Positions 44,017-52,976 of a stretch of 64,000 bases of DNA are shown in pieces. The stretch covers positions 123,198 to 187,197 of the forward strand of contig DATLUD010000008.1 in the NCBI GenBank assembly GCA_035533275.1, written 5' to 3'. Numbering within the stretch: position 1 is the stretch's first letter; the number at the start of each line of letters is the position of its first letter. The translations under genes were made by a program, and so were the position numbers. This stretch comes from Candidatus Dormiibacterota bacterium (GTDB taxonomy: Bacteria; Vulcanimicrobiota; Vulcanimicrobiia; Vulcanimicrobiales; SCRA01). Under the pieces are notes generated by a model. That model searched no databases. It was not told the origin of the DNA and saw only the letters and a program-made list of their open reading frames with translations.

Positions 44017-46308
44017 TTACGGCGGCGTGGTCGGCGAGCCCTGGCCGCCGGCCCCGGGAGGCCCGAAAGGAGGCCCCACGGCGACGTAGGGCGCCGCGTG
44101 GACCGTCGTGGAGAAGAAATCGGCCAAGTCGCTGGAGAGCAGATCTCCGAGGGAGAGCGCGGGCAGGCCCAGGATCTCCTCCTCCGTCTTGAGGATCGAG
44201 GCGTACGAGAGGTGGAGGCGCCCCACGTAGTGCGGCTTGACCATGGGACCGATCACCAGGGCATACGCGCGCAGCGCGTTCACGTGATCGTTCCCCGCCA
44301 CGCCTCGCGGCGCCACGATCACCACCGTGCGGTTCCAGGTCGGCTCGCGCGAGAGGGCTGCGACCATCGTGCCCACCGCGCGGTCCTCGGCCGCGATGTC
44401 CTCGCCGCCCAGGTGGACGTCGGCAAAGGCCGGGGCGCGTCCCGACGCGGCCAGCGCGCCGTAGTCGCTCACGAACTCCTTGGCGCGCGCCTCGTCGTCG
44501 CCGGCGGCGAGGAACGCGCGGTCGACGTTGCCCGCCAGGATCGAAAGCCATGAGGGATCGCCGTAGAGGCGGAACGAGATGTGGTGGCGCGCGAGGTTGT
44601 TGTACAGAAAGCCGAAGCGCGGAAAGTCGCCGGGGGCGAGCGCGTCCACCCCCCCGCCGGCGATGGCGCGCCGCGCCGTCACGACCGTCACCACGCCGCC
44701 GAGCGCCGCCTCGCGCGCGAGCGCTGGGGCGCGCGAGAGCGCATAGAGGTTGGCCGCGATGCCATAGCGCGCGGCTAGCGCGTGGAGATTGGGGGTCTTG
44801 CTCTGACCGTGCTCCGTGAGCGCGGGATCGCCCACGCTCCCGCCCGGCTCGCCGGCGCCATCCGGGCGCCCCGCGGCATCCGTCAAGTCACCGAAGGTCG
44901 CATCGTACGTGGAAGGCGAGAGGCTGATATAGACGACATGGGCGAGATACCGGCTGCGGCCCAGCGCGGGCGCCGCGGGGACCACCGGGTCCCGCGTTCC
45001 GATCGGGCGCTCGACGCGCGCGGCGCCGAGCGCCGTCATCGTCGAGGCATCCAACCGCACGTTGTCGAGCGGGATCAGCTGCAGCGTTCCGGCGGTTCCG
45101 TCGCCGAAGGCGTTCGTGACCACCAGGCTGCCTTGCAGGCGCGAGAAGCTCACCGCCGTGGGGAACCAGCCGGTGGGGATCAGGCCCAGGCGCCGAGGAT
45201 GGCGCGGATCGGCCACGTCGATGACGGCCACGGCGTTCATGCCGGCCAGCGCCGCGTAGAGACGTTTTCCGCCGGGCGCCAGCGCGAGGGCGTCGGGTGC
45301 CGTGCCGAACGGCGCGTCGTGGTAGAGGCTGAGGTCGATCGCGGCGACGCGGCCGTAGCGCGGCGACGAACCCTTGGTCTCGAAGACGTCGACGCGGTCG
45401 GCATTGGCCAGCGAGACGAAGAGCGCGCCTTTGGCCGTGGCGGTCACCGCGCTGGGCTGCACCCCGCCCACCTTCACGAGCGGGTCGAGCGCGCCGTCCA
45501 ACGGGATCTGGCCGACGCTCGCCGGTGCCGCTCCCGCCGTCTGCACGAGCGAGACCGACGAGGCGTTGAGGTCGTACCCGCTTCCGCTCTCCGGCACGCC
45601 GGCGTTGACGACGGCGAGCAGTGAGCCGGCTCGGGTCGCGCCCGTGGGGCCCACGCCGACGGGGGCTGGAGCCCCGACGGGGGCGCGCGCCGCCACGTCG
45701 ATGGCCTGGACGCCGCCCGAGCCGATGGCGTAGAGGCTGGTCTCGTCCGCCGACACCGCCAGCGCGGTGGCCCCGTCCGGCGCGTTCTGGAGCGCGATCT
45801 TGGGCGTGACGTCGGCGCTCAGCGTGCCGTCGGGGGCCAAGTCGTAGAGATCGAGCTCGCCCGTGCCGTGCGGCGCGACGACCACCAGCTCGCGATCGGC
45901 GGGGGGGCGAGACCCGGATGTCGGAGGCACGTCGCGGAGAACGGCGACTGCGTCGGCTGAGCGCGGAAGGGTGACCCGGCTCTGCGTCACCTCCGTCATC
46001 GTCGCGAGGTCGACGACGCTCACCCCGGGCGCGCCGTTGCGCCCCGCGCCGGCCACCACCGCATAGGCCCCTCCTCGCGCGAGGGCCAATCCCAGCGGCC
46101 GTTGATCCAGCGCCACGCTCTTGCCGGCGGGACGGACCACCCGGCCGTTGGGGAGGATGGCGGTGAACGGTCCCTCGGGGAGCTTTCCGGTCGGCTTGTA
46201 CGCCGCGGGAGCGGAGAAGGCCACGCGCGGCTTTGCGGGCGGAGCCGCGCCGAGGAGCATGAAGACGGCGCCGGCGATCAAACCGGCTCGCTGAATCGTT
46301 GGTCGCAC
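44017..46308 (-). CDS. Secreted bifunctional-architecture protein: N-terminal YncE-like beta-propeller plus C-terminal phosphoesterase (PF04185-like) domain
   Basis: Same frame as ORF 44017..46707. GTG at 46308 gives the signal-like N-terminus VRPTIQRAGLIAGAVFMLLGAAPPAKP. Repeated beta-propeller-like blades are followed by a phosphoesterase-like C-terminal half. Confidence 0.7.
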   Translation of the reverse strand: MRPTIQRAGLIAGAVFMLLGAAPPAKPRVAFSAPAAYKPTGKLPEGPFTAILPNGRVVRPAGKSVALDQRPLGLALARGGAYAVVAGAGRNGAPGVSVVDLATMTEVTQSRVTLPRSADAVAVLRDVPPTSGSRPPADRELVVVAPHGTGELDLYDLAPDGTLSADVTPKIALQNAPDGATALAVSADETSLYAIGSGGVQAIDVAARAPVGAPAPVGVGPTGATRAGSLLAVVNAGVPESGSGYDLNASSVSLVQTAGAAPASVGQIPLDGALDPLVKVGGVQPSAVTATAKGALFVSLANADRVDVFETKGSSPRYGRVAAIDLSLYHDAPFGTAPDALALAPGGKRLYAALAGMNAVAVIDVADPRHPRRLGLIPTGWFPTAVSFSRLQGSLVVTNAFGDGTAGTLQLIPLDNVRLDASTMTALGAARVERPIGTRDPVVPAAPALGRSRYLAHVVYISLSPSTYDATFGDLTDAAGRPDGAGEPGGSVGDPALTEHGQSKTPNLHALAARYGIAANLYALSRAPALAREAALGGVVTVVTARRAIAGGGVDALAPGDFPRFGFLYNNLARHHISFRLYGDPSWLSILAGNVDRAFLAAGDDEARAKEFVSDYGALAASGRAPAFADVHLGGEDIAAEDRAVGTMVAALSREPTWNRTVVIVAPRGVAGNDHVNALRAYALVIGPMVKPHYVGRLHLSYASILKTEEEILGLPALSLGDLLSSDLADFFSTTVHAAPYVAVGPPFGPPGAGGQGSPTTPP

Positions 46309-46320
46309 GGGGCGCTCTTC

Positions 46321-46343
46321 GGAGGGGTTGGCGGTGCCCCTCC
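46321..46343 (-). terminator. Stem-loop between the MocR gene and the beta-propeller gene
   Basis: ggagggg (46321-46327) pairs with cccctcc (46337-46343), a 7-bp stem with a 9-nt loop. It is 13 nt after the MocR stop and 13 nt before the downstream GTG. It could be a terminator/attenuator or an SD/anti-SD pairing. Confidence 0.3.
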
Positions 46344-46355
46344 ATGACACGCCCG

Positions 46356-47771
46356 TCAGAGTAAGCGTGCGAGAGCTCGCCCAAGACGCCGCGCCCCCTC
46401 GCGGAGCTGCTCGTCGGGAACGTCGCCGAACGAGAGGCGCAGCGCGGCGGGACCCGTGCGGGTCGGGTAATACGGCTCGGCCGGCATCACCAGCACCCCC
46501 TCGCGCGCGGCCGCGTCGAACGCGGCCCGCGTGGAGATCCGCGGCGGCAGCGGGAGCCAGAGTGTGATCCCCGCCGCAGGCGCCTGGACGTCGGCCCACG
46601 GCAGCTCGCGCGCGAGCGACTCCACGAACGCGTCTCGGCGCGAGCGGTAGAGCGCGCGGGCGTGCCGCAGGTGGCGCGGCCACGCAGGGCTGCCCATGAA
46701 CCTCCACAGCGCGCGCTGCGTCAGCGTGGAGGTGAACGAGTCGGCACGCATCTTCGCGCGCACCAGCGCTTCGAGCAACGGTCCCTTCGCCGCCAGGTAG
46801 CCGATGCGCAACGCCGGGAAGACCGTCTTCGAGAGGGACTCCATGAGGATCACGCGGCCGTCGGTGTCGTGGGCCAGGAGCGGCGCGGGGGCCCGCCCTT
46901 CGTACGTGAAGGCGTGCCCGGTCTGGTCTTCGAGGATGACGGTGTCGTAGCGCCGCGCCAGCTCGACGATCTGACGCGCGCGGCGCTCGAGGAGGATCGC
47001 TCCCGTGGGATTCTGTGCCACGGGATGCACGTAGAGCAGACGGGGACGGTACCCGGCGAGCACGCGGGACAGATCGTCGACGCGGATGCCATCGCGGTCC
47101 GACTGCACCGTCACGTAGGTGACGCCGCGCGCGTCGAAGACGCCCAGCGTCCCCGCGTAGGCCGGCGACTCGCTGGCGACCACCTCGCGTCCTTGCTCCA
47201 GCAGCACCGTGGCGACCAGATCGGCCGCCTGTTGCGCGCCGCTGCAGACGGCGATCTCATCGGCCTCGACGCGACAGCCGCGCGCGCGCAAGCCGGCCGC
47301 CAAGGTCGCGCAGAGATCGGCATCGCCGCGCGCCGCATGATACTGCATCGCGTCGGGAGGGTCTTCCAGCAGCGTGCGGTTGAGCGCGCGGCCGAACTCC
47401 GGGAGCGGAAAGGTCTCCGGCGCCGGGTGCCCCGTGGCCAGGGAGATCGCCCCCGGCTCGCCGACGCGGGAGAGCTCCTCGAGCACCCCTTCCAACCGCT
47501 CCGTCCGCGCCGCTAGGCGGCCGAGATCGGGCTCCCAGCGGGCGAGGAAACGGGAATCGCCGCTGCCTTGGCCGGGCGGCTCCGCCACGAAGGTTCCGCG
47601 GCCGACGCGCGCGGTGACGCGCCCTTGGGCCGCGAGCAGCTCGTACGCCTGCGAGACGGTGACGAGGCCGCATCCGAGCTCGTGCGCGAACGCCCGCATG
47701 GCGGGCAGGCGGTCGCCGGTCGACAGGGCTCCGGACTCGATCGCCTCGGCGATGCCGTCGGCGATCTGCAC
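46356..47771 (-). CDS. MocR/GntR-type transcriptional regulator with PLP-dependent aminotransferase-like domain
   Basis: ORF 46356..47771 with a GTG start. GntR wHTH (LPAMRAFAHELGCGLVTVSQAYELL) plus a fold-type I aminotransferase domain (SLSKTVFPALRIGY, PLP lysine). The family-like N-terminus continues upstream to 47816 with no canonical start codon (see findings). Confidence 0.85.
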   Translation of the reverse strand: MQIADGIAEAIESGALSTGDRLPAMRAFAHELGCGLVTVSQAYELLAAQGRVTARVGRGTFVAEPPGQGSGDSRFLARWEPDLGRLAARTERLEGVLEELSRVGEPGAISLATGHPAPETFPLPEFGRALNRTLLEDPPDAMQYHAARGDADLCATLAAGLRARGCRVEADEIAVCSGAQQAADLVATVLLEQGREVVASESPAYAGTLGVFDARGVTYVTVQSDRDGIRVDDLSRVLAGYRPRLLYVHPVAQNPTGAILLERRARQIVELARRYDTVILEDQTGHAFTYEGRAPAPLLAHDTDGRVILMESLSKTVFPALRIGYLAAKGPLLEALVRAKMRADSFTSTLTQRALWRFMGSPAWPRHLRHARALYRSRRDAFVESLARELPWADVQAPAAGITLWLPLPPRISTRAAFDAAAREGVLVMPAEPYYPTRTGPAALRLSFGDVPDEQLREGARRLGRALARLL

Positions 47772-47839
47772 GTAGAGCGGACGCCGGTCGCGGGCGTCGA
47801 GCGCGAGGCGAAGCGTGGCCTACTCCCGGACGGGTGGTG

Positions 47840-48541
47840 CTAGGACTCGGCGACGACCGCCACGTCGAGGCGGTAGCCGATGCCGCGCACGCTGTTGATC
47901 TGCAGGGAGGCGCCGACCTCGGCGATCTTCTTGCGCAGGGCCGCAACGTGGACGTCGACCACGCGGGTGGGAACCCCTGAGACGTCGTTCCATACGTGCT
48001 CGAGGATTTGCGCGCGCGTGAGCAGCCGACCTTCGCTCTCCACCAGGAACCAGAGGAGCTTGAACTCCAGTGCCGTCAGCACCGCGGAGACGTCGTCCTT
48101 GATCAGGAGCTGGCGGTTGCGGTCCAGCACCGCGTCCCCGGAGAGCTGCGTGGCGCTGGTCGAATTGGTGCGGTACCGGTCCCGCCGCCGCAAGAAGGCG
48201 CCCACGCGGGCCAAGAACTCGTTGGTCGAGAAGGGCTTGGTGATGTAGTCGTCAGCACCAAGGCCCAAGCCCTTGAGCTTGTCTTCCTCGCGGGTGTGGC
48301 CACTGACCATCAGGATGAACGCGTCCAGCGTCTCGGCGAGCCTGCCGCAGATCTCCAAGCCGCTCCGGTCGGGGAGTCCCACGTCCAGAACCACCACATC
48401 CGGATGGAACGCGGCAGCGGCCTCCAGACCGGCGTCTCCGGTCAAGACCCAACGCGTCTCGTAATCGGCTTGGCGGAGCACCGCTTCTTCGAGCGCGCCG
48501 ACGTCCGGATCGTCTTCGATGATCAACACACGGGCTGTCAT
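47840..48541 (-). CDS. OmpR/PhoB family response regulator
   Basis: ORF 47840..48541. Receiver domain (VLIIEDDPD, VVVLDVGLPDRSG, KP) plus a winged-helix trans_reg_C domain (LTALEFKLLWFL, VRGIGYRL). GGAG SD. Confidence 0.9.
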   Translation of the reverse strand: MTARVLIIEDDPDVGALEEAVLRQADYETRWVLTGDAGLEAAAAFHPDVVVLDVGLPDRSGLEICGRLAETLDAFILMVSGHTREEDKLKGLGLGADDYITKPFSTNEFLARVGAFLRRRDRYRTNSTSATQLSGDAVLDRNRQLLIKDDVSAVLTALEFKLLWFLVESEGRLLTRAQILEHVWNDVSGVPTRVVDVHVAALRKKIAEVGASLQINSVRGIGYRLDVAVVAES

Positions 48542-48637
48542 GATGCTCCGGTTATCGGCCGGAACCGGCGAAAATTCTCAAGATTCCGTAAAGCCGGCAT
48601 CCCGCCCTACGAGAAAGGTGATCGCCGTCGCTGCGGG

Positions 48638-48670
48638 AGGCGGGTCCGCCGGCCCCGGTCGGACCCGCCT
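48638..48670 (-). terminator. Stem-loop terminator after the malic enzyme gene
   Basis: Perfect 11-bp stem aggcgggtccg / cggacccgcct with an 11-nt loop, 15 nt downstream of the stop at 48685. Confidence 0.5.
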
Positions 48671-48684
48671 GGCAAGGGCCCCGG

Positions 48685-50127
48685 CTAGACCAGCGCCCCT
48701 TGCTCCTCCTGCTCCGCGACGGCCAGCGCACGCCGGGCCACGCCGCTCTCGACGGCGGCGGTGACCACGGCTTTGCTGACCGCGTCGACCACCCGCGTGT
48801 CGAAGACGCTGGGGATGATGTACTCCGCCGAGCGCTCCTCGCCGACGACGTCGGCGATGGCGTGGGCCGCCGCGAGCTTCATCTGCTCGTTGATGCGGGC
48901 CGCGCGGCAGTCGAGCGCGCCGCGGAAGATGCCCGGGAACGCCAACAGGTTGTTGATCTGGTTGGGAAAGTCCGAGCGCCCCGTGCCGATCACCGCGACG
49001 TACGGACCCGCGACGTCGGGCATGATCTCGGGGGTCGGATTGGCCATCGCGAAGACGATCGGGTCCTTGGCCATCCCTTGGATGTCCTCGACCTTGAGGA
49101 TGCCGGGCGCCGAGACCCCGATGAAGACGTCGGCGCCGCGCAAGGCGTCGTGGAGCGTCCCGCGGACGTTCTGCTTGTTGGTGTTCTCCGCGAGCCAGGT
49201 CCAGTGCGGGTTCTGGTACGCCTCGCCGCGATGGATGGCGCCGGGCTTGTCCACCGCGATGACGTCGGCCACACCCGCGGCCAGGAGCATCTTGATGGAG
49301 GCCGTGCCGGCGGCTCCGCTGCCGACCACCACCACCTTCAGCGACTCCAACGGCTTGCCCACCACCTTCGCGGCGGAGATCAGCGCCGCCAGGATGGTGA
49401 CGGCGGTGCCATGCTGGTCGTCGTGCATCACGGGAATGTCGAGCGCCTCGATCAGACGGCGCTCCACCTCGAAGCAGCGCGGCGCGCTGATGTCCTCGAG
49501 GTTGATGCCGCCAAAGACGGGCGCGATGCGCACGACCGTCTCCACGATCTCGTCGACGTTCTTGGTGTCGAGGCAGATCGGGAAGGCATCGATGTCGGCG
49601 AACTGCTTGAAGAGCATCGCCTTGCCCTCCATCACCGGAAGCGCGCCGAGCGGACCGATGTCGCCCAGGCCCAGCACCGCTGTGCCGTCGGTGACGATGG
49701 CCACCGTGTTGCGCTTGATGGTGAGCTGGAAGGCCTTCTGCGGATCCTCCGCCACGGCGAGCGAGACGCGCGCGACGCCCGGCGTGTAGACCGTCGAGAG
49801 ATCCTGGCGGGTCTTCACCGGGATCTTGGGCTCCACGCGGATCTTCCCGCCCAGGTGAGCGAGGAACGTGGAGTCGGAGATGCTGACCACGCTGACGCCG
49901 GGCTGCCCCGACACGGCGGCCTTGACCGCATCGGCCACCTGTTGGGAGGCCACCTGCACCGTGAAGTCCCGCACGGTGCTCTGGCGCGTCACCGAGCGGA
50001 CGTCGACCGCGCCCACGGCACCCCCCGCTTCGCCGATGCTCGACGCCACGTGGCCGAAGGCCCCGGGCTCGTTCGGCATCTCGACGCGCATGATGATGTT
50101 GAATCCGATGGCTGGCTGTTGTCCCAT
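48685..50127 (-). CDS. NAD(P)-dependent malic enzyme with N-terminal ACT-like domain
   Basis: ORF 48685..50127. VYTPGVA, DGTAVLGLGDIG, FGGINLEDI and VVVGSGAAG motifs of the short prokaryotic malic enzymes. Confidence 0.9.
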   Translation of the reverse strand: MGQQPAIGFNIIMRVEMPNEPGAFGHVASSIGEAGGAVGAVDVRSVTRQSTVRDFTVQVASQQVADAVKAAVSGQPGVSVVSISDSTFLAHLGGKIRVEPKIPVKTRQDLSTVYTPGVARVSLAVAEDPQKAFQLTIKRNTVAIVTDGTAVLGLGDIGPLGALPVMEGKAMLFKQFADIDAFPICLDTKNVDEIVETVVRIAPVFGGINLEDISAPRCFEVERRLIEALDIPVMHDDQHGTAVTILAALISAAKVVGKPLESLKVVVVGSGAAGTASIKMLLAAGVADVIAVDKPGAIHRGEAYQNPHWTWLAENTNKQNVRGTLHDALRGADVFIGVSAPGILKVEDIQGMAKDPIVFAMANPTPEIMPDVAGPYVAVIGTGRSDFPNQINNLLAFPGIFRGALDCRAARINEQMKLAAAHAIADVVGEERSAEYIIPSVFDTRVVDAVSKAVVTAAVESGVARRALAVAEQEEQGALV

Positions 50128-50242
50128 AGTGGAGGCGAATTTCGCAGCCCGGATTCGGGCTCCTGGAACGGACAGTGAAAATCAGCCGGGGGGCTTCGGC
50201 GTGCAGGAAACTTGTCGCCGCGGCCGAGCATGCGGGCGCCCG

Positions 50243-51574
50243 TCAGGTGCCGCTGACGGTCATCCCCGCGACCCGGAAGCTCGGGCTGACGATGGGCGAC
50301 TCGAAGATCACATCGCCCGCCACGGCGTCGACCGCGGCCAGCATCTCCCGCAGGTTGCCGGCGATGGTGAAACCGTCGATCGGGTAGGCGATCTCGCCGC
50401 CTTCGATCATGAACCCAGAGGCACCGCGCGACCAAGTGCCCGTCACGTGCTCGGTCGCGAAGCCGATGATGTCGTAGACCACGATGCCGCGCGGCGTTCG
50501 CGCGATCAGGTCCTCGAGCGTCCCCGTTCCCGGCTCCAGGTAGAAGTTGTTCGGCCCCACGGTCCCGCCGGCGGCGTTGCCGGTGCTCTTGGTGCCCAGC
50601 TTGCGCGCGTGATAGGTGTCGAAGAGAAAGCTGCGCAGAACGCCGCGCTCGAAGACCGCGGTCTTGCGCGTCGGCACGCCCTCGGCGTCGAACGGAGAGG
50701 TTCCCATGCCGCCCGGCAGCAGGCCGTCGTCGACGATGGTCACCAGGTCGCTGCCGATCTTCTCTCCCAGGCGTCCCGCCAGGAACGAGTTCTCGATCGC
50801 GACGTTGGCGCCGCTGCAGGCACCGAAGAGATCGCCCAGCACGATCGAAGCCACGTCGCGCTCGAAGATCACGGGCAGCACGCCGGTCTGCGGCTTGCGC
50901 GCCCCGCACATGTCCACGGCGCGCTTGGCGGCGACGCGGGCGATCTCCGCGGGAGAGGGCATCTGAGCGTATCCCCGGCGGCTGGCTCCGAAGTGCGCCG
51001 TGCGCTTCTCCTCGCCGTCGCGCACCACCGGGCTCGCCGAGAGACTGGCCGAGCTCGCGGTGTAGGATCCGCGAAAGCCCAGCGAGTTCACCAGCGCCAC
51101 CGTGGTCAGCGCATCGGCGACGCGCGATCCGTTGGAGTTGTCGACGCGCGGGTCGTAGGCGCGCATCTCGCGCTCCATCTCCAGCGCCGAGGCGAGCTTC
51201 TCGTCCTCGCCGCGCCCTCTGACGTCGTCCTCGATCAGCCGCAAGTCGCCGCTGGCCCCGATGGGCTCGGGGTCGGGGAGAGCGCCGAGGGGATCGTGCT
51301 CGACGCTTCGCGCGGCCTCGACGCAGCGCGCCACGAGCGCCTCGAGTCCCTCCGGCGTGAGATCGGTGGTGCCCAGCGTGGCCTTCCGTCCACCGACGAA
51401 GGCGCGCAGCGAGAGAGAGCGGCCGACGCTCTGCTGGAGCTTGGTGATCTTCTCTCCGCGCGCTTCGGAGCTGAAGGCGTCGGAAACGATCATCGTCGCC
51501 TCCGACTGGTCGGCACCGCATGCCGCCGCCAGCGCGACGGCGCGTTGCGCCAGCTCCAACGGATCAGCCGACAC
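50243..51574 (-). CDS. pmbA: PmbA/TldE metalloprotease subunit
   Basis: ORF 50243..51574. PmbA_TldD family pattern. Overlaps the tldD 3' end by 11 nt. Confidence 0.85.
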   Translation of the reverse strand: MSADPLELAQRAVALAAACGADQSEATMIVSDAFSSEARGEKITKLQQSVGRSLSLRAFVGGRKATLGTTDLTPEGLEALVARCVEAARSVEHDPLGALPDPEPIGASGDLRLIEDDVRGRGEDEKLASALEMEREMRAYDPRVDNSNGSRVADALTTVALVNSLGFRGSYTASSASLSASPVVRDGEEKRTAHFGASRRGYAQMPSPAEIARVAAKRAVDMCGARKPQTGVLPVIFERDVASIVLGDLFGACSGANVAIENSFLAGRLGEKIGSDLVTIVDDGLLPGGMGTSPFDAEGVPTRKTAVFERGVLRSFLFDTYHARKLGTKSTGNAAGGTVGPNNFYLEPGTGTLEDLIARTPRGIVVYDIIGFATEHVTGTWSRGASGFMIEGGEIAYPIDGFTIAGNLREMLAAVDAVAGDVIFESPIVSPSFRVAGMTVSGT

Positions 51575-52976
51575 GCGAGCCTCCTACGGTCATCGAAGAG
51601 ATGAGCAGCGTCGGCAGCCCAACGCCCACGGGCACGAGCTGGCCGCCCTTGCCGCACGTGTACGAGCCGTTCGCCAGACGCATGTCGGAGCCGACCGCCG
51701 TTACCCGCGTCATGATCTCCGGGCCGTTGCCGATCAGCGTGGCTCCCTTGACGGGCGCGGTCAGACGCCCGTCCTCGATGAGGTAACCCTCGCCGACCAT
51801 GAAGACGAAATCGCCTTTGGAGATGTCCACCTGGCCGCCCGCGAACGACTTGGCGTAGAAGCCGCGCTTCACGCGGCGCAGCACCTCGTCGGCCGTGAGA
51901 TCTCCCGCCGGCATGTACGTGTTGGTCATGCGCGGCTGCGGAAGCACGCGGAACGACTGGCGCCGCCCGCTCCCGGTGGAGTGCGTGTGCATCAGCGCCG
52001 CGTTGAGCGTGTCCTGCATGTAGCCGCGGAGGATGCCCTTCTCGACCAGCATCTTGTGCTGCCCCGGCGTACCCTCGTCGTCGATCGAGACGCTGCCGCG
52101 CTCGCCGGGCAAGTTGCCGTCGTCGTAGATGGTGACCAGCTCGCTGGCCACGCGCTCTCCCACGCGCCCGCTGTAGAGCGAGACCCCTTGGCGGTTGAAG
52201 TCCGATTCCAAGCCGTGTCCCACCGCCTCGTGCAGGAGCACGCCGCCGCCGCCAGGGCCAACCACCACCGGCAGCTCTCCGGCGGGCGCCTCCACCGCGT
52301 CGAGGTTCACGACGGCGATGCGCGCCGCCTCGCCCGCGATCTGCTCCGGGGTGACGCCGTCGTAGAACTCGAATCCGCGCCGGCCGCCGTCGCCATAGTA
52401 GCCGTGGGTGCGCTCACCGTTGCGCTCCGCTACCACCTGCACCGCGAACGAGACCAACGGGCGCCGGTCGCGCACCAGGCGGCCCTCGCTGGTGGCGACG
52501 AGCACCTCCTGCACCTCGTCGTGCAGGTTGGCGTTGACCGCGCGAACGCTGGCGTCGAAGCGGCGCGCCGCGGCGTCGGCGCGTTGGAGCATCTCGACGC
52601 GCCGCCCCATCGCCACGCGGTCGCTCCACAGCCCCGGCAGGTACATGCTCTCGACAGAGCGCTCGCTGACGGAGACGGAGCGCGTGGTACCGCCGTGCGC
52701 GATCTTCGCGGCCACGCGCGCCGCGCGCTCGAGCGCCTCCTGCGAGAGATCGTCGCTGTATCCGTAGCCCTGCTGGTCGCCGACGCGCACGCGGATGCCG
52801 ACGCCCCGCATGACGTGGACGCCGGCCTCGTGGATGCGCCCCTCTTGGAGCCGCAGCACGTGCGAGAGGCGGTGTTCGAAGAAGAGCTCGGCGTACTCGC
52901 CGCCGCGCTCGAGCGCGACGCCGAGCAAATGCTCGATGGCCGCGGTCGAAAGGGGTTCCGTTTGCGTGTCGCTCAC
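51564..52976 (-). CDS. tldD: TldD metalloprotease
   Basis: ORF 51564..52976. GTGA overlap with manA. HEAVGHGLE zinc motif. Confidence 0.9.
   Translation of the reverse strand: MSDTQTEPLSTAAIEHLLGVALERGGEYAELFFEHRLSHVLRLQEGRIHEAGVHVMRGVGIRVRVGDQQGYGYSDDLSQEALERAARVAAKIAHGGTTRSVSVSERSVESMYLPGLWSDRVAMGRRVEMLQRADAAARRFDASVRAVNANLHDEVQEVLVATSEGRLVRDRRPLVSFAVQVVAERNGERTHGYYGDGGRRGFEFYDGVTPEQIAGEAARIAVVNLDAVEAPAGELPVVVGPGGGGVLLHEAVGHGLESDFNRQGVSLYSGRVGERVASELVTIYDDGNLPGERGSVSIDDEGTPGQHKMLVEKGILRGYMQDTLNAALMHTHSTGSGRRQSFRVLPQPRMTNTYMPAGDLTADEVLRRVKRGFYAKSFAGGQVDISKGDFVFMVGEGYLIEDGRLTAPVKGATLIGNGPEIMTRVTAVGSDMRLANGSYTCGKGGQLVPVGVGLPTLLISSMTVGGSRVG

Noticed and set aside
50128-50242. Possible regulatory RNA in the 115-nt gap upstream of the malic enzyme gene (small hairpins; CCTCC instead of an SD before the ATG)
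   Set aside because: Only short 5-6 bp stems are present, which are expected by chance at this GC content. There is no repeat or conservation evidence within the window.
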